Assembly (NCBI GenBank): GCA_020718905.1
Contig: DYRD01000006.1
Span: 1-54,618 of the forward strand
Direction: 5' to 3'
Origin: Syntrophus aciditrophicus
GTDB taxonomy: Bacteria; Desulfobacterota; Syntrophia; Syntrophales; UBA8958
Length of the DNA stretch: 54,618 bases
The translations under genes and the position numbers were made by a program. Below, in pieces: positions 40,669 to 51,254 of this stretch (the stretch's first letter is position 1; each line of letters starts with the position of its first letter). The notes below the pieces were generated by a model. The model saw only the letters and a list, made by a program, of their open reading frames with translations, ran no database searches and was not told the DNA's origin.

Positions 40669-41384
40669 CGGAAAATGCGATCAGGAGGAACGTGGAGGAT
40701 ATCCGGCGGCGAATAGGGGCCGCCGCTGCCAGAGCGGGCCGCCGGGCCGATGACGTGCGCCTCATGGCGGTCACCAAGACCGTGGACGACCAGCGGATCA
40801 TCGCCGCCATCGCCGCCGGCGTGGACATCGTCGGGGAGAATTACGTCCAGGAGGCGAAGCGGAAGATCGAACTCATGGGCCGGCCGCGGGAATGGCATTT
40901 CATCGGCCATCTGCAGACCAACAAGGCCAAGTACGCCGTCAAACTTTTCGATATGATCCATTCGGTGGACCGGACGGACGTGGCCCTGGAACTGAACCGG
41001 CGGGCGGCCAAGGAAGAACGGCTGATCAAGATCCTCATCGAGGTGAATATCAGCGGGGAAGCGACAAAGCGGGGCATCGACGCTACGGGGGCGCCGGGAC
41101 TGACAAAGGAGGTCTCCCGGCTCGAACACCTCTCCATTCAGGGGCTCATGACCATGGCGCCCTGGTTTGACGATCCCGAAGCGGCGCGGCCCTGTTTCGC
41201 CTCCCTGAGATCGTTGCGTGATCGTATAGCCGACGCGGGCATTCCCGGGGTCACGATGAGGGAACTTTCCATGGGCATGTCGGGGGATTTTGAGATTGCC
41301 GTCGAGGAGGGGGCGACCATCGTCAGGGTCGGGCGGTCCCTTTTCGGGGAACGACCGGCAAGCTCGATATCCCACCAGCCCTGA
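40665..41384 (+). CDS. yggS: YggS/PLP homeostasis protein
   Basis: AVTK, GENYVQE, WHFIGHLQTNK, GLMTM, LSMGMSGD, VRVG. Confidence 0.96.
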   Translation: MTENAIRRNVEDIRRRIGAAAARAGRRADDVRLMAVTKTVDDQRIIAAIAAGVDIVGENYVQEAKRKIELMGRPREWHFIGHLQTNKAKYAVKLFDMIHSVDRTDVALELNRRAAKEERLIKILIEVNISGEATKRGIDATGAPGLTKEVSRLEHLSIQGLMTMAPWFDDPEAARPCFASLRSLRDRIADAGIPGVTMRELSMGMSGDFEIAVEEGATIVRVGRSLFGERPASSISHQP

Positions 41385-41688
41385 TCTCGTTGCTTGAAGA
41401 GACCTGGGCGGAGAATTACTGACAAGCACGGCGGGAAGTACCATAATTTTCAGTCTGTTTATCAGGAATTCACGGAACTACCCCGGGACAAATCCGGAAC
41501 CAGCCATCAGGCAGGCGTCTTTTTCTCCTAATGAACCATGCGGCCTCGGCTCCCGCCGGGAGAGAGGCATTATCCAGAATTTTTAACAGTTTATCGGACA
41601 TTTCGCTGGTTGACATTCTTACTGCAATCATGGTAGAGCAACTCCTCTGAAAAAGTGAACACAGCCGGGCGGATATTTGGAGGTTACC

Positions 41689-42321
41689 ATGTTTTTAAGG
41701 CAGATGCAGGTCAGTCAGATGGCCGTTTTCGCCTATCTGATCGGAGATGAGGAAACGGGCGAGGCCCTGGTGATCGATCCGGCGGCGGAGACATCCAAGA
41801 TTGTTTCCCTGGCGGGGAAAAATAACTTTAAAATCAAATATATTGTCAATACCCACGGGCATGTGGATCATATATCCGGCAATAAGGACATGCAGGAACG
41901 TACCGGGGCCAAGATCATCATTCATGAGGGAGACGCCGAAATGCTCGTCTCCACCCCCGCCATGTATCTCCGCATGTTCGGCGCCAAACAGTCCCCTCCC
42001 GCCGATGTCATCGTCAAGGAGGGAGACCTGATTACCTTGGGGAAGGTGTCTTTACAGGTCCTGTCCACTCCCGGTCATTCTCCCGGCAGCATGTGCCTCC
42101 GGGGCGACGATCTGGTTTTCACCGGCGACACCCTGTTTGTGGGGGCCGTGGGCAGGACGGATCTGCCCGGAGGATCATGGGCCGTCATGGCCCGCTCCCT
42201 CAAAGAGAAACTGGCGGTCCTTCCCGAAGAGACAAAAGTGCTGCCGGGACACAATTACGGCGCCGCCCCGACCTCGACGATCGGATACGAGAAGCGCCAC
42301 AACCCGTATCTGAAGTTTTGA
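41689..42321 (+). CDS. MBL-fold metallo-hydrolase (glyoxalase II-like)
   Basis: NTHGHVDH, TPGHSPG, TGDTLF, GRTD, PGH. Confidence 0.92.
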   Translation: MFLRQMQVSQMAVFAYLIGDEETGEALVIDPAAETSKIVSLAGKNNFKIKYIVNTHGHVDHISGNKDMQERTGAKIIIHEGDAEMLVSTPAMYLRMFGAKQSPPADVIVKEGDLITLGKVSLQVLSTPGHSPGSMCLRGDDLVFTGDTLFVGAVGRTDLPGGSWAVMARSLKEKLAVLPEETKVLPGHNYGAAPTSTIGYEKRHNPYLKF

Positions 42322-42473
42322 TAAACCCGTAAAAAGCAATTTTCTCCCTCCCCTTCAAGGGCGGGGAGAGGGGACTTTGGGATATTCTGCGAGTTCGTCA
42401 AATTGGAGCAGTTTATGGTTTTGCCTGCTTGCGGCAACACCGATAAGATTAAAGACAGTAAGGAGTTTATAAT

Positions 42474-43355
42474 ATGACCGCTGCGCTTATCTCCACATCT
42501 ATGCCCGGCCTTTCCTTAATCGGCAGGGGGAAGGTCAGGGATATCTATGCCCTCGAATCCCAGTTGCTGATCGTGGCCACGGACAGGATTTCCGCCTTTG
42601 ACGTGATCATGCCCAACCCCATCCCGGGGAAAGGGCGGGTTCTCACCCAGATGTCCGCCTTCTGGTTCGGCCAGATGGAAGATATAATCGGCAACCACAT
42701 AATATCAATCAATCCCGATGATTACCCTGAGGTGTGCCGTCCTTACGGGGATATCCTGGCCGGACGCAGCATGCTCGTAAAAAAGGCGCAGCCCCTGCCC
42801 GTGGAATGTATCGTCCGGGGATACCTGAGCGGCTCGGGATGGAAGGATTACCTCCGTGACGGGACCGTTTCCGGAATTCGCCTGCCCGCAGGGTTGAAAG
42901 AATCGTCCCGCCTGCCGGGACCGCTATTCACCCCTTCAACCAAGGCCCCCGCAGGGGACCACGATATGGCCATCAGCAAAGGGGATACGGAAAACCTGAT
43001 CGGCGCCGAATTGACGGCAAATATCATCACCACCAGTATTGCCATTTATAACCGGGCCGCCGCGCTGGCCCTGACCCGGGGGATCATTATCGCCGACACG
43101 AAGATGGAGTTCGGAATTTTTGACGGAGATCTGATCATCATCGATGAGTTGCTCACTCCCGACTCATCCCGGTTCTGGCCCCAGGACGCCTACGAGGAGG
43201 GAAGAGGACAGAGCAGTTTCGACAAGCAATTTCTCCGGGATTATCTACTCTCCCTCGCGTGGGATCAACACCCGCCGGCACCCAACCTTCCCGATGATAT
43301 AATCCGTAAAACTGCCGAGAAATATGAGGAGGCACTGCGTCGATTAACCGCTTGA
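42474..43355 (+). CDS. purC: SAICAR synthase
   Basis: [45 protein letters not shown]. Confidence 0.97.
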   Translation: MTAALISTSMPGLSLIGRGKVRDIYALESQLLIVATDRISAFDVIMPNPIPGKGRVLTQMSAFWFGQMEDIIGNHIISINPDDYPEVCRPYGDILAGRSMLVKKAQPLPVECIVRGYLSGSGWKDYLRDGTVSGIRLPAGLKESSRLPGPLFTPSTKAPAGDHDMAISKGDTENLIGAELTANIITTSIAIYNRAAALALTRGIIIADTKMEFGIFDGDLIIIDELLTPDSSRFWPQDAYEEGRGQSSFDKQFLRDYLLSLAWDQHPPAPNLPDDIIRKTAEKYEEALRRLTA

Positions 43356-43371
43356 GATGTCTTCATGAACC

Positions 43372-43400
43372 TTGACATAACCACCCGTCGTAAATAGATT
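43372..43400 (+). promoter_or_regulatory. Putative sigma70 promoter of dnaJ
   Basis: TTGACA-N17-TAGATT. Confidence 0.55.
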
Positions 43401-43474
43401 AGCGAACTTTATACCGCCGCCGGAAAGTCCGGAAACATTAAGAAAAAGATCAGAAAAGAGATTGAAACAACTCC

Positions 43475-44530
43475 ATGACGAAACGATGTTATTATGAAAT
43501 TCTGCAAGTAACCCGCACGGCCACCGAAGAGGATCTCAAGAAAAGCTACCGCCGCCTGGCGATGCAGCACCATCCGGACCGAAATCCGGGGGACCGGGAA
43601 GCGGAGGAAAAGTTCAAGGAAGCCGCCGAGGCCTATGAGGTCCTCAGCGATCCGCAAAAAAGGGAGATATACAATCAATACGGCCACGAGGGATTGAGCA
43701 GTTCCGGCTTCCAGGGCTTTTCCGGCAACGATATTTTTGCCAGTTTCGGCGATATCTTCGGCGATATCTTCGGCTTCAGCAACGGGCGCTCCCGGTCGCG
43801 AAGCTCCGCCCGGGCGGGGGCTGATTTACGATATGACATGCAAATCTCCTTCCTGGAGGCCGCCTTTGGCCTCTCCCGGGACATCAGGATCGACAAACAT
43901 CAAAGATGTCATGAATGCGGCGGGAACGGATCGGCGCCGGGAACCGCGCCGGAGGTATGCTCCCGATGTCACGGCCGCGGTCAGGTAACCCAGTCCAGCG
44001 GTTTCTTCAGTATCAGCACCACCTGCCCGAACTGTCGCGGCATGGGCCAGACCATCTCCCACCCCTGCAAGAACTGCCGGGGCGCCGGCCTGGAAAAGGT
44101 TACCAAAACCGTCCAGGTCAAGATCCCTGCCGGTGTCGAGACGGGCTCCCGCCTGCGGTTGCGCGGGGAAGGCGAACAAGGGGAGCATGGCGGTCCCAAC
44201 GGTGATCTTTATGTCTTCATCCACGTGGAAGAACATGACTTCTTCCGGCGCTCCGATGACGACATTATCTGCCGGATTCCGATTTCCTTTATCCAGGCAG
44301 CCTTGGGAGACAATATCGAGGTGCCGACCCTCGTAGGGACGGAAAAACTGAAAATTCCCCGGGGCACCCAGAGCGGCAAGATCTTCCGCCTGAAGGGAAA
44401 AGGAATCGCCCATCTGCGCGGCTTCGGCCGGGGCGATCAGATTATCGAAACCGTCGTGACCATTCCGACCAATCTAAACCGGCGTCAGGAAGAACTCCTC
44501 AAGGAATTCGCCCGCACCGGCGATAAATAA
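43475..44530 (+). CDS. dnaJ: Chaperone DnaJ
   Basis: J domain with HPD, G/F region, four CxxCxGxG repeats, C-terminal domain. Confidence 0.97.
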   Translation: MTKRCYYEILQVTRTATEEDLKKSYRRLAMQHHPDRNPGDREAEEKFKEAAEAYEVLSDPQKREIYNQYGHEGLSSSGFQGFSGNDIFASFGDIFGDIFGFSNGRSRSRSSARAGADLRYDMQISFLEAAFGLSRDIRIDKHQRCHECGGNGSAPGTAPEVCSRCHGRGQVTQSSGFFSISTTCPNCRGMGQTISHPCKNCRGAGLEKVTKTVQVKIPAGVETGSRLRLRGEGEQGEHGGPNGDLYVFIHVEEHDFFRRSDDDIICRIPISFIQAALGDNIEVPTLVGTEKLKIPRGTQSGKIFRLKGKGIAHLRGFGRGDQIIETVVTIPTNLNRRQEELLKEFARTGDK

Positions 44531-44613
44531 TAATCCTGACTGCCCCTTTACAGGCAAGGGTGAATAAGGTAAAGGAGTGGTCATCATAAATCTTGATGAG
44601 GGAGGGATGGGAT

Positions 44614-45018
44614 ATGCAAAAAAGGATTCGCCGTTCATTAGCGCTACTTGTGGTTGGCCTTTTTATTCTAACCGGTTGCGCCGCCGTACTCGTCGTCGGG
44701 GCCGTTGTGGGCGCCGGCACGGGAACGTACATGTTCATCAACGGGGAACTGAAGACCGATTATAATTTCAATTTCGACAAGGTCTGGTCAGCAGCAGAAA
44801 AAACCGTGGCTTCGATGCGGGGCACGGACGTAGCTCCGGCAAAAGGCATCGGCACCGGTCATATCGATGCGGTGATCAACGGCGAAAAGGTCCGGATTGC
44901 CATCACCTTCAAAGAAAAAACCATTACCACCGTCGGCGTCCGGGTAGGGGTGGTTGGCGACGAAACGGCATCCCGAATGATTCAGACTAATATCGCCGAT
45001 AATCTGGCCAAAAAATAG
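44614..45018 (+). CDS. DUF3568-like lipoprotein
   Basis: Lipobox LTGC, then GAVVGAGTG..G.L and C-terminal VRVG..GD..S. Confidence 0.75.
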   Translation: MQKRIRRSLALLVVGLFILTGCAAVLVVGAVVGAGTGTYMFINGELKTDYNFNFDKVWSAAEKTVASMRGTDVAPAKGIGTGHIDAVINGEKVRIAITFKEKTITTVGVRVGVVGDETASRMIQTNIADNLAKK

Positions 45019-45030
45019 CCGCGCCGGAAA

Positions 45031-45933
45031 ATGCTTTATCGCCTCTTGCCTCCCCTCTTCTGCCTCCTCATGCTGTCTTGGACCCCTTCTCTCGTCCATG
45101 GTCAGCAAATACCCGTTTATCAATGGCCGGACCGGCTGACCCTGTGCGGAGAAGGGGTCCCCCTCGAACGCCAGGACGTCTGGGAGATGGCGGACCAGGC
45201 CTTTGTCTCGTCGGTATATAATCAGCCACGGCTGATTCTTTGGATCAAACGGGCCCACCGCTATTTCCCCTATCTGGAAAAACGTCTCCGGGAACGAAAA
45301 CTGCCGGACGACCTCAAATATGTCGTCGTCGTGGAAAGCGCCCTGAAAACCTATGCCACCTCTAGTGCCAAGGCCGTCGGCCCCTGGCAGTTCATTGACG
45401 GGACGGGGAAGAAGTACGGTCTCCGCAACGACCGCTGGATCGATGAGCGGTACAATTTCGAGCGGGCAACGGAGGCGGCCCTGAGCTACCTGAGCGATCT
45501 TCACAAGGAATTCAACAACTGGCCGCTGGCCATCGCTGCCTATAACTGCGGAGAAAACAGGATGGCCAGGGATCTGAAGACCCAGGGGGTCAGCAATTTT
45601 TATGACGCCGATCTGCCTCTGGAGACGGAGGGCTATATCTTCAGCATCCTGGCGGCAAAATCAATCCTGGCAAATCCCGCCGCATACGGCTATTCCATCC
45701 CCGCCGCCACAAGGTATCCCCCCCTGGAATATGACGAGATCGATCTCTCGTTGCGCCGTGAGACGCCCATAACGGCCATCGCCCGTGCCTGTGATGCCAC
45801 CTACAAAATCATCAGGGAGATGAACCCGGAAATCCGCCAGAACGCCCTTCCCCAAGGACATTTCAAGTTGCGCATCCCCAAGGGGAAAGCCCCGGGATTC
45901 AATGCCCGCCTGGAAAAAGAGCTGTGCCGGTAA
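45031..45933 (+). CDS. Lytic transglycosylase (SLT/MltD-like)
   Basis: VES..A.S..A.GPWQF, AAYNCG, LPLET..Y; N-terminal signal peptide. Confidence 0.9.
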   Translation: MLYRLLPPLFCLLMLSWTPSLVHGQQIPVYQWPDRLTLCGEGVPLERQDVWEMADQAFVSSVYNQPRLILWIKRAHRYFPYLEKRLRERKLPDDLKYVVVVESALKTYATSSAKAVGPWQFIDGTGKKYGLRNDRWIDERYNFERATEAALSYLSDLHKEFNNWPLAIAAYNCGENRMARDLKTQGVSNFYDADLPLETEGYIFSILAAKSILANPAAYGYSIPAATRYPPLEYDEIDLSLRRETPITAIARACDATYKIIREMNPEIRQNALPQGHFKLRIPKGKAPGFNARLEKELCR

Positions 45934-46194
45934 GGCGGCCCGTAAACATTCCGGTGAATAACACAATACATTTCGCGTAGAAAGCAACATCCTACCTCCG
46001 TCCCGACCTTCTTGATCATCCGGGACCGGTTCCTACCCGGGAGTGGTTTATTCATGAGGTCAATGTACGCTGGCCGGACATCGAGACGGAATTTCAAGCC
46101 CTTGCCCTGAGGAAGCAATCCCTCGCAGACAGATTCCTGCTGGTCCCCCTCCCTGAGACGGAAGCTGCTGTTTAACGAACCCGGCATCCGGCGG

Positions 46195-47181
46195 CTAGGT
46201 ATTTCTTAGGGCATCTTGGCCCACGGAAGCAAAGTTTACAGGCACATCTATCCGGGTAAACAGTGGAAAATGATCCGAGGGATAACACTTTTTGACACAA
46301 AGTTGAATAATCCTCGCATCCAGAACCCGGATAGAGGCGGAGACAAAAGTATAATCGAGTTTGAAGCGGAAGAAAAATCTGCGATACCCATGGAATGTGG
46401 CGGCATTGCGCAGATTTGGATAGCGAGTCCGAAAGGTATCTCTCACCGGGTCGGGATTTGAAACTTTACCTTTATTTATTATTTTTAAAGGAGTTTTCCC
46501 TTTTAAATATTTAATGGGGGCACTCTTTTCCCGGGCGTTAAAATCGCCTGTCAGGACAAAGGCATCCGGGCAAGACCGGCCATGAATGCGCTGCATAAGC
46601 AAGATAACGCTTTTCTTCCGGGAATGCGGGGAAAGATGATCCAAATGGGTATTATAGAAATAAAAAGAACGCTGAGAATCTTTGTCGGTCAGCCGCACCC
46701 AGGCGCATTTTCTCGTCATGATGTTCCCCCATCCCTTTGAACCGGGAATATCGGGCGTGTCGGAAAACCAGAAAATGCCTTCCTCCGAAAGGACAAAACG
46801 CGCCGCATCAAAAAATATGGCATTGTGCAGCGCCTTGCCACTGCCCGAATTTTCCATGCCGCTCATCTTGTATCCGGGAAGGATGGAATGAATCTCCTCT
46901 ATTTGAAAACCTAACGCCTCCTGCAGACCCAGAACGTCCGGGTTGTATCGGGTCAAAACCTCGCGCACAAGGTGGCGGCGAAACGCCCATCTGTTTCTGC
47001 CGTCCCGCACCGTTCCCCGGCGAATATTAAAGCTCATTATTTTTAAGCTTAAGCCTGTCTCCAGCGGTTCAGTAGAGAAATCATCCAGGGGGGCACGGGC
47101 GGATTTTCGCCGCAGATTGAAAGTCCGCAGCCAATTTAGCGGTCGAAAAATCGACTTCTTGACAAATCTAAATCCCTTCAT
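46195..47181 (-). CDS. Endonuclease/exonuclease/phosphatase (EEP) family protein
   Basis: SFNIR, GLQE, NTHLD, GDFN, LDY, SDHFP. Confidence 0.9.
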   Translation of the reverse strand: MKGFRFVKKSIFRPLNWLRTFNLRRKSARAPLDDFSTEPLETGLSLKIMSFNIRRGTVRDGRNRWAFRRHLVREVLTRYNPDVLGLQEALGFQIEEIHSILPGYKMSGMENSGSGKALHNAIFFDAARFVLSEEGIFWFSDTPDIPGSKGWGNIMTRKCAWVRLTDKDSQRSFYFYNTHLDHLSPHSRKKSVILLMQRIHGRSCPDAFVLTGDFNAREKSAPIKYLKGKTPLKIINKGKVSNPDPVRDTFRTRYPNLRNAATFHGYRRFFFRFKLDYTFVSASIRVLDARIIQLCVKKCYPSDHFPLFTRIDVPVNFASVGQDALRNT

Positions 47182-47414
47182 CTTCTTATCTTATCGCAAA
47201 TCATGGTAATTATCCCCAAAACATTTTATTTTTGAAGCCCATCGTTCAGAATGCCACCTGACAACTTTAGTTCTATAATAGAATAAACATGACACATGGG
47301 AAAAACAAGCGCCCGTAAGACATAAACCGCTTGCACCATTAATTATTTGCTGTACATTGTTGACAGTAGACCTCATATCCCTGGCAGGACGAAGCATTGA
47401 CATTCGGATAAAAA

Positions 47415-48794
47415 ATGACACTCACCAGGCATCTTTTTTCGTTATTCTTTTTGGTTTCCATTTTGGGTATCAACAGCGGCTGTGCGACCTTGCCGAATGT
47501 CTCCGAAAAGATTGACGCAGCACCGGCTGCTCAGGAACCGCGCCAAATCGCTTCGGCCAAAGGCCTGTTGTCTCCAAAACAGAGCAAGGCCATCATGGAA
47601 CGGCTGAAGCGATGTATCGACCCGACGGACATCCTGGAACGTTACACGGCCGTCGTAGAATCGATCACCGAAAGCCCACTGACGAAGGGGAACAAAGTCA
47701 CCCTCCTCGCCGACGGTCAGGCCGCCTATGCCGCAATGTTCAAAGCCAGAGAGAATGCCAGAGACCATATAAACCTTGAAACCTTTATCATCGATGATGA
47801 TGACGTGGGCCGCGAATTTTCCGACCTGTTATTAAGAAAAAAGACGGAAGGCGTCCAGGTCAATCTCATTTATGACAGCGTGGGCAGTTTCACTAATTCC
47901 GCTTCCTTTTTCAAGCGCTTGCAGGACGGGGGAATTCAGGTCGTCGAATTCAATCCGATACATCAAGGTAACTGGTTGCTAGCACATCTGGATCACCACA
48001 AGATTTTGATTGTCGATGGTAAAATCGCCATTGCCGGCGGCATCAACATCAGCAGCGTCTACTCGAGTAAGCTTTCCGGAAGACATAAGGAGAATAAAGC
48101 ACCTCTGCCCTGGCGTGACACGGACGTTCAAATTGAAGGGCCCGCCGTGGCTGAATTCCAAAAACTCTTTCTTGATACATGGTCGAGGCAGAATGGGCCT
48201 AAACTATCCGGAGGTAACTACTACCCGCAGCTAAAAGAAGATGGGAAGGCCCTCGTGCAAGTCGTCGGCAGCACGCCCGGCGCGGACAACAGGATCACGT
48301 TTATCGTGTATGTGGCTGCCATCACGTTTGCGGAGCATTCTATCCACCTGACGAACGCCTATTTCATGCCCGATGACCAGGTACTGAAGGCCTTCACGGA
48401 TGCAGCGGGGAGGGGTGTGGACGTCAAGATTATTCTTCCCGGAGCCACCGATTCCACGCTGGCCTTGTATGCAGCGCAGTACAATTATTCCCGGCTCCTG
48501 GAAGGGGGGGTAAAGATATACGAACGCTTCAACGCGTTACTCCATGCCAAAACCGCGGTCATTGACGGTGTCTGGTCGACGGTCGGCTCCACCAACATGG
48601 ACTACTGGAGCCTTTTAAGCAATGACGAGGCGAATGCGGTTATCCTGAGCCGTGAGTTTGCCCAGGAAATGGAGAAGACATTTGCCAAGGATCTTGCCGA
48701 GTCCCATCAGATAAAATTGGCAGAGTGGGAAGCAAGGCCCTTGTCCGTGAAGATGAGGCAATGGTTTGCCCATTTATTCGTCCGCTGGTTGTAA
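47415..48794 (+). CDS. cls: Cardiolipin synthase/PLD-family lipoprotein
   Basis: Two HKD motifs (HHKILIVDG, HAKTAVIDG), GGIN, WRD, GSTN; lipobox-like SGC. Confidence 0.88.
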   Translation: MTLTRHLFSLFFLVSILGINSGCATLPNVSEKIDAAPAAQEPRQIASAKGLLSPKQSKAIMERLKRCIDPTDILERYTAVVESITESPLTKGNKVTLLADGQAAYAAMFKARENARDHINLETFIIDDDDVGREFSDLLLRKKTEGVQVNLIYDSVGSFTNSASFFKRLQDGGIQVVEFNPIHQGNWLLAHLDHHKILIVDGKIAIAGGINISSVYSSKLSGRHKENKAPLPWRDTDVQIEGPAVAEFQKLFLDTWSRQNGPKLSGGNYYPQLKEDGKALVQVVGSTPGADNRITFIVYVAAITFAEHSIHLTNAYFMPDDQVLKAFTDAAGRGVDVKIILPGATDSTLALYAAQYNYSRLLEGGVKIYERFNALLHAKTAVIDGVWSTVGSTNMDYWSLLSNDEANAVILSREFAQEMEKTFAKDLAESHQIKLAEWEARPLSVKMRQWFAHLFVRWL

Positions 48795-48884
48795 ACGGAG
48801 GATTAAGCTGAGATGACCTGTCTTGCTCCGGGAAACTGGTAACAGGACCATACACAACAGTGATTTTCCCATTTAGAGCGCGCT

Positions 48885-50108
48885 ATGACACATAGGAAAC
48901 TATATCTATTCTTTTATTCATTGTTATTGACAGTCGCGCTGCTGCTTCCTGCCTTCATGGTGGAGACAGGCATATCCGCCGAGAAAATGCAGCAGGTTTC
49001 GGACCACTTCGATGGTCTCCGGTATTTCAATCCCGGTGTTCCTCAAACCCCGCCGGACCCCTCGGGGCAGGCGTCAAGACGCGGCGTCTCCTGGTGGGTT
49101 TGGAACTGGCTTCTAAACGATGATTGGCCGGAATGGCCGGAGGTAAGAGATATTACGCTTGGACCGCGTCCTGTCGCCCGTGCCCCGAAAGGCGTGATCA
49201 GCATAACCCCTGTCGGTCACTCCACTTTCCTCATTCAGATGGATACTCTAAACATTCTCATCGATCCGACTTGGTCGGACCGCTGCAGCCCCGTATCATG
49301 GACGGGTCCCAAAAGGCACCTTCAGCCCGGCATCCGTTTTGAAGATCTGCCCGCTATTGATGTCGTGCTCGTGTCCCACAACCACTATGATCACCTTGAT
49401 CTTCCCACCCTGGAGCGCCTCGCGGCAAAGGGAACACCGCGTTCCATCGTGCCCCTCGGCAATCTCGATCTCGTCCGGAGCGCCGGCATCCCCGCCGTGG
49501 ATGAGCTCGACTGGTGGCAGTCGGTCCGCGTCTCTCCCGAAGTCACGATAACCTTGGTCCCGGCACAGCACTTTTCGATGCGCACCCTCTGGAACCGCAA
49601 TCAAACCCTCTGGGGAGGTTTTGTCATTTCCGGACCCTCGGGTAACATTTTTTATTCCGGTGATACCGGGTATGGTCCCCATTTTCAAGAAATCGCCCGC
49701 CGCTTTTCACCTATCCGGGTGGCGCTCCTTCCCATCGCGCCCTTCCGGCCGCAGAAGATGCAAGCGTCGACTCCCGTGTATAGATCCATTGTCCACATGG
49801 GACTTGTGGAAGCCGTCAAGGCGCATCTGGATCTCGGTGGACCGTTCACCATCGCCGCCCACTTCCAGGTTTTCCGGCTTGGCATCGAGGGGTTTGATGA
49901 TGCCGTGACTATTCTTGCCTCGGAACTGAGGGAGAATAACCTGAAGCCCGACATCTTCATCGCCCCTGTGTTTGGTCAAGCCATTATCATGCCCACGATT
50001 CCGGATGTACTACCGTCGCTCGTTGCTAAGGAGCATCGTGCCGGACCTGAGCTTCTCAGCGACTGTCCGTCCGTAAACTTGCATCGGGGAGCAAAAGCAT
50101 TACCCTGA
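48885..50108 (+). CDS. MBL-fold hydrolase, RomA/NAPE-PLD-like
   Basis: GHSTFL, DP.WS.R.SP, SHNHYDHLD, PAQHFS.R, LWGG, GDTGY, HM. Confidence 0.88.
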   Translation: MTHRKLYLFFYSLLLTVALLLPAFMVETGISAEKMQQVSDHFDGLRYFNPGVPQTPPDPSGQASRRGVSWWVWNWLLNDDWPEWPEVRDITLGPRPVARAPKGVISITPVGHSTFLIQMDTLNILIDPTWSDRCSPVSWTGPKRHLQPGIRFEDLPAIDVVLVSHNHYDHLDLPTLERLAAKGTPRSIVPLGNLDLVRSAGIPAVDELDWWQSVRVSPEVTITLVPAQHFSMRTLWNRNQTLWGGFVISGPSGNIFYSGDTGYGPHFQEIARRFSPIRVALLPIAPFRPQKMQASTPVYRSIVHMGLVEAVKAHLDLGGPFTIAAHFQVFRLGIEGFDDAVTILASELRENNLKPDIFIAPVFGQAIIMPTIPDVLPSLVAKEHRAGPELLSDCPSVNLHRGAKALP

Positions 50109-50196
50109 CAGCCAGGGTGAAGGTCCATGGAATGATTAATTCAGGGGCGCCTTTGGGCGGGTTGGAAACATGAGTTGCATACAGGGGGGCAATTGC

Positions 50197-50565
50197 ATGA
50201 ATAAAATCATTGCAATATTAATAGTGTTCATTGTTTTGTTGGTCGCAGTGCGCGCCTTTGCTCAGGATTCCCTAGAAGCAGCAAAAATCCGGTATTTAAT
50301 TGCCTCCGTTGCCACCCTGGAAGGGGCGAAGTTTATTAGAAACGGCAGCGAATATGATGCCCCGTCGGCTGCTGACCACTTGCGCCTTAAACTCAAAAAT
50401 GCCGGTAAGCGGGTAAGGACGGCGGAAGAATTCATTAAGTTTTGCGGCTCTAAATCTTCCATGTCGGGCGAACCATACCTGATACGGTTTACAGACGGCA
50501 CTACCGTGAAAGCGGAGGTTTTTTTCAGGAAAAAGCTCCTGGAGCTTGCTAAAGATAGACCATAA
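50197..50565 (+). CDS. Secreted DUF5329 (YfeK-like) protein
   Basis: Signal peptide, FIRNGSEY..AADHL..K..AEEFI..SKSSMSG.PY. Confidence 0.8.
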   Translation: MNKIIAILIVFIVLLVAVRAFAQDSLEAAKIRYLIASVATLEGAKFIRNGSEYDAPSAADHLRLKLKNAGKRVRTAEEFIKFCGSKSSMSGEPYLIRFTDGTTVKAEVFFRKKLLELAKDRP

Positions 50566-50609
50566 CCTCACGTAACTGCTCGTCAAAGCGGCAGTATGTT
50601 ACCCCCCGC

Positions 50610-50906
50610 CTAGTTCTCTTTTGCATGTCGGCACTCCGCAATCACCGTTTTCGGGATCAGCCTGACAGCCATCCAGATCAGCAGGGGCAGGATGACCAGG
50701 TCGTCGAGATGCCCCACCACGGGAATAAAGTCCGGGATCAAATCTATCGGGGAAACGGCAGAGGCTATTGTAGCCCCGAGCAAGAGTTTTGAACGACGCG
50801 GCGTGCACGGATGGCGAAGCACACGCCGATAGAATTCGATCTCCTGCAAGAAACGACCGATCAACCGGCGCGCACGTTCGGCTATTTTCATTTTTCCTGT
50901 CAACAT
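50610..50906 (-). CDS. YkvA/DUF1232 membrane protein
   Basis: SPIDLIPDFIPVVGHLDD motif. Confidence 0.85.
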   Translation of the reverse strand: MLTGKMKIAERARRLIGRFLQEIEFYRRVLRHPCTPRRSKLLLGATIASAVSPIDLIPDFIPVVGHLDDLVILPLLIWMAVRLIPKTVIAECRHAKEN

Positions 50907-50944
50907 GGATAATCGCTAATCCGTATCGCGTCACGACGATGTTC

Positions 50945-51117
50945 CCCCGTATGGGTGAATACTCAACGGGGACCCAGGTGTAGGCTTTGTTACCTTCCGC
51001 CCGGATGGGACCGATCCCCGGGAAAGGCAGATGCATGCCGGCAACCAACACCTTGCCTTCCGCGGCGCTACGAAACAGCCACTCCCTCACGGTGACGGCC
51101 TGCTCCTTGTCCGTCAT
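50945..51117 (-). pseudogene. C-terminal fragment of an MBL-fold (methyl-parathion hydrolase-like) gene
   Basis: D..QA..R..LVAGMHLPFPGIG.I..Y.WVP matches MPH-like C-termini; no N-terminal HxHxDH region upstream. Confidence 0.65.
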
Positions 51118-51254
51118 GTGTATAGCTCCTTTCGGAAATAACTTCTCCTCTCCTATGGTCTGGGAAGATCTTAACAGCTAAAGACTATGTCAGTTTTCTC
51201 CTTGCCGGGCGGACATTATCTAGTTAATTTTATGGTAATTTTTCCTCCTTCTCC

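Noticed and set aside
50599-51117. 172-aa ORF as a single gene
   Set aside because: It is an MBL C-terminal fragment running out of frame over the YkvA/DUF1232 gene.
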